A DNA stretch of 18,882 nt. Origin: Candidatus Micrarchaeia archaeon (GTDB taxonomy: Archaea; Micrarchaeota; Micrarchaeia; Burarchaeales; JAVZCV01). This document shows positions 13,924 to 18,882 of the stretch, piece by piece. The notes below the pieces were generated by a model. The model ran no database searches, was not told the DNA's origin, and saw only the letters and a list, made by a program, of their open reading frames with translations. Each line of letters opens with the position of its first letter. Within the stretch, counting starts at the first letter, position 1. The stretch covers positions 1-18,882 of the forward strand of contig JAVZCV010000007.1 of NCBI GenBank assembly GCA_038874215.1, in the 5' to 3' direction. Position numbers and translations under genes: made by a program.

Positions 13924-16239
13924 ATGGAAAAGCGCACTCTTCTTGCGATCGTGGCTCTTGCTGTTTTCATTCTTCTTCTAATATTCGGCTGCCAACAGGA
14001 AACGCAAGGCAATGAGCAGAATGCTACTCTTGTGGTGAAACCCCTAGATCTCGCTGGCATACAGGCAAGAAAAACGAACTTTAACCGTTTTTATTCGCTT
14101 GAATCTATTACCATAAGACTAAGAGCTCCCCAGTACAATCTGCCGCTTGAAACGAGCAACATATCAAACTTCAATGATGCATCACAAAAACTGCGACTTA
14201 AAAGCAACGCCATAAATCTCCTCAGGCAGAACGGTTTTGTGGTTATAGATAACCCATTCAACCCACGCGCGAGCGACATAACAAGTCCTTATAAAGTTCT
14301 GAAAGAGGGGGATATACCGATTTTCATAACAACCGATTCTCTGCTCCATCTTTATCACGTGCAGTTTGACGAAACCCTACGGGTAATAGAGGAAAGAGAA
14401 CTATACCCAAGATTTTGGAGGGTGAACAAAAAGTTGTTTGAATATTCGCTCAAAGGATACTATTCAACCACGGGTGATGTTAAGGAAGCGCACAGGAGGA
14501 ATGCAGCATACTTCGCAACCACGCTTCGTCTTCTCGCGCCAAGACCATGGCAAGTTTGCGATAGTAGATACACATGGGGAGGGTATTATGGAGGCTGCGT
14601 TTCTTTTAATAAAGAAGAAGCATCAAATTATTCCTTTGATGTGCCCGATTTCTTAAAAAACGAGGTTGAGGCCGAACTGTCACGTATAGATTCGAATTCG
14701 GGATTTGCGGCATCACCGATTTTTAAGTATAAAGAGGACTACTCCCAGTACGTCCCACGAGGCCATTACACGAGAAGCGAGAAGCTGAAGAACTACTTTA
14801 AGGCGATGATGTGGGCTGGGAGGATGTCGTTCCTCCTCAAAGGCGGATGCCAAAATTGCCTTGTTTCCGAAGAAAATGCAAAGTTGCAGACAATAGGCGC
14901 TACGCTAATCGCATCAAAATTCGCCCAAGATGCCGAATTGAAAAGCGATTGGGAGAGGATTTACTCCGTTACTGCTTTCTATGTAGGGACTTCAGATGAT
15001 CTTGGGCCCTATGAATACGTTGAAGCTATAAATGAAGTTTTTGGCGGTTCGTTTGATGAAAGCAAGCTCACGGAGGATAACATTGCAAGGCTCAAAGCGA
15101 AGCTTGCCGAATACCGCTCACCGAAGATATACGGAGGAACTGGTGATTGTGCGATAGCACCACCCTTCACGCCACAGCAAGCGGACGAATGTCTTGAAAA
15201 CACTAAGGGTTTCAGGCTGATGGGACAGAGGTTTGTTCCAGACTCCTACATCTTCTCAAATCTTGTAGGCGTCTATACGGGCCTGTATAAAGGCAATAAG
15301 AAGCCCTTCACCCTCGTCTATACACCAGAAGGCCCTATAAGAGGCTTTCCACGCGGCCTTGATACGATGGCGCTCCTCGGCTCAAAGCGAGCGAAGGAGA
15401 TACTTGCCGAGCTTGATGACTCAAACTATGCAAACTACGCTACCCAGTATGAAAAGATGGAGAGAGAATTCAACAACTTTACAGAAGCGGATTGGAATAA
15501 GAACCTTTACTGGGCATGGCTTTTTGCGCTCAAGCCATTATTGAAAGAGTACGGAGCAGGCTATCCTACTTTCATGCAGACGAGAGCATGGAGAAACAAG
15601 GCATTAACAACAGCGCTCGCCTCATGGGCTGAGCTAAGACACGATACCATTCTATACGCAAAGCAGAGTTATACAGAAAGGGTACTATCCATCATGCTAC
15701 CAGAAAAACCAGTTGTGGGCTACGTTGAACCCGACCCAGAGTTTTACAACCGCCTTCTTGCGCTTACCCGAATGACTAAAAAGGGGCTTAGGGAGATGGG
15801 TGTTTCTGATGAATATGCGCAGAGGAGACTTGATTCGCTTGAATACATACTCCAGAAGCTTGTAGACATTTCAATCACAGAGCTTGAAAACAAGGAGCTT
15901 TCCTATGTGGATTACGAGTTTATAAAGAATTTTGGCGAAGCACTTGACGATGTTGTTGGCGATGTTGATGAGAAGAGCAAAAAAACAACGATAATCGCAG
16001 ACGTGCATACGGACGGCAACACAAGGCAGGTCCTTGAAGAAGGGGTAGGCTATGTTAAACTTATCGTTGTTGCGTACAAGCTTCCAGACGGTCGCATAGT
16101 GATGGGCGCTGGTCCCGTTATGAGCTATTATGAGTTTAAGCACCCGATGGGCGACAGGCTTACAGATGAGAGATGGGAGCAGATGCTTGCCTCAAACCCA
16201 CCCTCCCCACCAGAGTGGGTGGATTACGAAGCACACTAA
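13924..16239 (+). CDS. DUF3160-domain lipoprotein (771 aa)
   Basis: Lipobox LLIFG-C. Family motifs FITTDSLLHLYH, EDYSQYVPRGHYT, YFKAMMW, GQRFVPDSY, TALASWAELRHDTILYAKQ, GYVEP, IADVHT and GPVMSYYEF. Confidence 0.9.
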   Translation: MEKRTLLAIVALAVFILLLIFGCQQETQGNEQNATLVVKPLDLAGIQARKTNFNRFYSLESITIRLRAPQYNLPLETSNISNFNDASQKLRLKSNAINLLRQNGFVVIDNPFNPRASDITSPYKVLKEGDIPIFITTDSLLHLYHVQFDETLRVIEERELYPRFWRVNKKLFEYSLKGYYSTTGDVKEAHRRNAAYFATTLRLLAPRPWQVCDSRYTWGGYYGGCVSFNKEEASNYSFDVPDFLKNEVEAELSRIDSNSGFAASPIFKYKEDYSQYVPRGHYTRSEKLKNYFKAMMWAGRMSFLLKGGCQNCLVSEENAKLQTIGATLIASKFAQDAELKSDWERIYSVTAFYVGTSDDLGPYEYVEAINEVFGGSFDESKLTEDNIARLKAKLAEYRSPKIYGGTGDCAIAPPFTPQQADECLENTKGFRLMGQRFVPDSYIFSNLVGVYTGLYKGNKKPFTLVYTPEGPIRGFPRGLDTMALLGSKRAKEILAELDDSNYANYATQYEKMEREFNNFTEADWNKNLYWAWLFALKPLLKEYGAGYPTFMQTRAWRNKALTTALASWAELRHDTILYAKQSYTERVLSIMLPEKPVVGYVEPDPEFYNRLLALTRMTKKGLREMGVSDEYAQRRLDSLEYILQKLVDISITELENKELSYVDYEFIKNFGEALDDVVGDVDEKSKKTTIIADVHTDGNTRQVLEEGVGYVKLIVVAYKLPDGRIVMGAGPVMSYYEFKHPMGDRLTDERWEQMLASNPPSPPEWVDYEAH

Positions 16240-16247
16240 CTCTATCT

Positions 16248-17252
16248 TTATGTAGCCTTTCGCGCATTAACTATTCTCTCCCTAATCAGCTTGCTAACTC
16301 TATGCGTTATGTCCATAGAGTACGAATAATCTTTTACAGGTATTAGCAGAAGACCTTCGTACCAGCCCGGCACTTTAACCCTTGTTATGACAACTCTTAT
16401 GTTGCCCGTGCTCTCCACTCCCTCAGGCTTCTCCTTCTCAAGCGAACTTTTAACATATTCAACGATTTCTTCTGGGGGTAGCTCAATGGGCGCATCAAAA
16501 CTTATAGGTAGTTCAGCCTTCGCATGTAGCGCCCCCAGCCTTGCCACACGCAGTTTTGCAAACTCAGAATTTGAAATAACTACAACATTACCCATGAGAT
16601 CGTACAATTTTGTTGAGCGCATGCCTATTTTCCGCAGGCGCACAACCTCGCCTGTCGGGAGGCGGAGATAATCACCATAATTATAAGGCCTGTCAATTTG
16701 AAGTGCAAGCCCTGCAAATATGTTTGCGAGAGTCTCTTGAGATGCAAGACCGAGAACGAGTGCAATCACACTCGTAAGCGTAATTATCCCCGTTACATCA
16801 AACCCGACTTCGCCCAGAACTACGAGCGAACCCATAACGATTATGATGAGTTGCACCGCCTTTTGCAGAAACGGAAGCAGCGTTACGTCTATCTTTATGT
16901 GCGATGTGGCACGCCCTTCGTCATAATACCAGTTAAAGAACGCCTTAACGAGCTTGACCCCTAAAAACGTGATGAGCAGCGTAACAGCTGCGCTTGCATA
17001 TGCATCAACAATAGGTATTGATGCAGCAAAAAAAGGCACATAATGGACGGTTAGATAAAATACAAAAACAAAGAACGAGGACTCCAGCGGCCCTCGTATC
17101 TCTGCGAAAATTCTGTCATCCAGCGATGTTCTTGTTTTTATTGATATTCTGCCAAGCAGCCAGACGACGATAGGAGCAAAGATTTTCCCAAGCATAAGCG
17201 AGAGTATGGCAACTCCGAGAAGCGCCACATAGTACTGAATGGTTTCCATCAT
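16248..17252 (-). CDS. mscS: MscS-family mechanosensitive ion channel
   Basis: Extra N-terminal TMs, 'GLASQETLANIFAGL', 'DRPYNYGDY', 'IGMRSTKL' and 'VVISNS'. Start abuts the cyclase stop (TGA ATG). Confidence 0.9.
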   Translation of the reverse strand: MMETIQYYVALLGVAILSLMLGKIFAPIVVWLLGRISIKTRTSLDDRIFAEIRGPLESSFFVFVFYLTVHYVPFFAASIPIVDAYASAAVTLLITFLGVKLVKAFFNWYYDEGRATSHIKIDVTLLPFLQKAVQLIIIVMGSLVVLGEVGFDVTGIITLTSVIALVLGLASQETLANIFAGLALQIDRPYNYGDYLRLPTGEVVRLRKIGMRSTKLYDLMGNVVVISNSEFAKLRVARLGALHAKAELPISFDAPIELPPEEIVEYVKSSLEKEKPEGVESTGNIRVVITRVKVPGWYEGLLLIPVKDYSYSMDITHRVSKLIRERIVNARKAT

Positions 17253-17888
17253 TCACAATCCCTCAATTAATATACAGCGTGCAGGCGCACCATCGCATCC
17301 CCTTATTTTAAGAGGCAAACCTACAAAAAAATATCTACCAGGCTTGATGTTTGATAAAACGAGCCCTTCATAAAGGATTATGCCTGAGTTTATTATTGCC
17401 GTATGCACAAAATTGTTTCCCGCTTTGTACTTCTGCACGGAGAGGTAATCAACCCCGAGTGCTTTTATGCGCGTTTTTGCAAGGAATTCCGCACATTCCG
17501 GCGTTATGTGAATAAAATCTTCCCTAAAGTCTGAGTACCCATGCAAAGAGTTTTTAGTTTTAAGGAGGATTATTTCACCCTCCTGTATGTTTTCCTTCTC
17601 AATGCGCTGTCTTTCTATCCCACCATCAACATCCATTAAGTCAAGCAATCGGCAAGGGCCACACATTTTTTCAAGAGGCAGGCTATCAACCGTAATCGCA
17701 CCGTTCATTATGTGCGCTGGCGCATCCACATGCGTCCCTGTGTGCGAGCCCATTGAGATGAGGGACACGTTTGAAGAATTCGCAGGCATCACCTTAACGC
17801 GGGTTATCTTTACAGGGGGGTCGCCTGGGTAGACAGCCATGCCTTCGTATATGCCCATGCTTATATCGTAAATTTTTAATTTATTCAT
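17253..17888 (-). CDS. Cyclase-family metal-dependent hydrolase (kynurenine formamidase KynB-like)
   Basis: YPGDP, HTGTHVDAPAH, LGVDYLS, H...E in 'VHTAIINSGIILYEGL', and LPLKIRGCDGAPAR. Confidence 0.94.
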   Translation of the reverse strand: MNKLKIYDISMGIYEGMAVYPGDPPVKITRVKVMPANSSNVSLISMGSHTGTHVDAPAHIMNGAITVDSLPLEKMCGPCRLLDLMDVDGGIERQRIEKENIQEGEIILLKTKNSLHGYSDFREDFIHITPECAEFLAKTRIKALGVDYLSVQKYKAGNNFVHTAIINSGIILYEGLVLSNIKPGRYFFVGLPLKIRGCDGAPARCILIEGL

Positions 17889-17992
17889 ATCATGGACACC
17901 CTAGTTTTCACTTAGGAAGACGCGCAAAACTCCCACTCCTGCTGGTTTATAATGCAGTAAAGATAATAAACTTTCTAAATCACTGTGGAAAC

Positions 17993-18583
17993 ATGGCCGA
18001 TATCTATGATTTGATATGCAGCAGAAGGAGTATAAGGAAGTTTTTGCAGAAGCCAATTCCATACGATGTTTTAGAGAGATGCGTTAATGCCGCTCGTCTT
18101 GCGCCTTCAGCAGCGAACTTACAACCGCTTGAATTCATCATAATAGATGATGCTGAAATTCGTAAGCTCGTATTTACAACGCTCCGATGGGCGGGCTATA
18201 TAAAGCCACATGGAAACCCTAAGCCTAACGAGGAGCCAACCGCATACATAGTGGTGCTTTCAAACAAAAAACACGCGTCGGAATGGACGAAATATGATGT
18301 TGGGCTTGCAACAGAGAATATAATTATAGCGGCGCTCGCACAAGGCGTTGCTTCGTGCATAATCGGCTCAATTGAAAAGGAAAGACTGCACGAAATTCTC
18401 AAAATTCCACTGACGCACGATATAGAGCTCGTAGTAGCACTTGGTTATCCAGCCCACAAATCAACAACCGTAATGATGTCGGGAGACGGAAACGTGAGGT
18501 ACTGGAAAGATGATACTGATACATTCTACGTCCCGAAGAGAGATCTGAGATCTGTTTTGCATAGAAATTCGTACGGTAGATAA
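17993..18583 (+). CDS. Nitroreductase-family flavoprotein
   Basis: RRSIRKF, AARLAPSAANLQP, DVGLATENI, GVASCIIG, VALGYP and C-terminal YVPKR. Confidence 0.95.
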   Translation: MADIYDLICSRRSIRKFLQKPIPYDVLERCVNAARLAPSAANLQPLEFIIIDDAEIRKLVFTTLRWAGYIKPHGNPKPNEEPTAYIVVLSNKKHASEWTKYDVGLATENIIIAALAQGVASCIIGSIEKERLHEILKIPLTHDIELVVALGYPAHKSTTVMMSGDGNVRYWKDDTDTFYVPKRDLRSVLHRNSYGR

Positions 18584-18702
18584 ATGCTTGAAAAATGGAA
18601 GTTGCTTCACAAAAGCTTTATAAAATTTAAAGTTACAGATATAATAGAAATTTCAATATTAATATTAAACCTTGGATGAAGTTATGCTGGGCGTTATGCT
18701 AT

Positions 18703-18882
18703 ATGTTAGGTGATTTCTTGACGAAAGAGGAAGGAGTTATAAGCAAAAAATGCGCGTATGCTGCATCTCTTCTCGGCGACCGTTGGGTTCTAATGCTGGT
18801 CCATATCTTCTTATACGAGCAGGAGAAAGTAGGCTTCAACGAATTACAAAGAAAATTGAAGGGAATAAGCCCAAAAACATTA
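18703..18882 (+). CDS. HxlR-family winged helix-turn-helix regulator, 3'-truncated (absent from the ORF track)
   Basis: Manual translation: MLGDFLTKEEGVISKKCAYAASLLGDRWVLMLVHIFLYEQEKVGFNELQRKLKGISPKTL. LGDRW and FNELxxxLxGISPKTL are HxlR signatures. The true start may be TTG 18718 (AGGTGA at 18708-18713). Confidence 0.88.
   Translation, partial: MLGDFLTKEEGVISKKCAYAASLLGDRWVLMLVHIFLYEQEKVGFNELQRKLKGISPKTL

Noticed and set aside
14845..14862. CQNC in DUF3160 as a heme c or thioredoxin motif
   Set aside because: No His follows CxxC and there is no thioredoxin-fold context, so a structural disulfide is more likely.
1..18882. CRISPR array, IS/transposase, integrase, prophage, rRNA/tRNA or recoding (Sec/Pyl, frameshift)
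   Set aside because: Intergenic gaps are short, I saw no repeat-spacer array, terminal repeats or mobile-element motifs, and recognised genes are full length without internal stops.

Overview
Gene-dense archaeal chromosomal segment with about 22 CDS and no rRNA, tRNA, CRISPR or mobile element that I can see. Archaeal TATA boxes, (G)AGGTG ribosome-binding sites, several apparently leaderless starts and an 'LLIFGC' lipobox suggest a streamlined archaeon, possibly DPANN/Micrarchaeota; this taxonomy is inference. Recognisable genes are a LolD/MacB-type ABC ATPase, a COG1361 Ig-repeat surface protein, a MacB-type permease, Sua5, a class I methyltransferase, Fe/Mn SOD, YggS, MscL, TatD, a membrane-anchored winged-HTH regulator, a DUF3160 lipoprotein, MscS, a KynB-like cyclase, a nitroreductase and a 3'-truncated HxlR regulator. 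The best leads are: (1) a divergent orphan pair, one gene with internal repeats and a Cys-His papain/transglutaminase-like C-terminus, the other with a receiver domain split by a ~55 aa insertion; (2) a convergent pair of a secreted protein and a membrane-tethered HTH sensor, with four TTTCA repeats at exact 10-bp spacing next to the secreted protein's TATA box; (3) a CX12CX11C domain fused to a four-His cytochrome b561-like membrane domain; (4) an uncalled 34-aa ORF; (5) three divergent gene pairs that appear to share one central TATA element. All family calls come from motif recognition by eye, not database searches.
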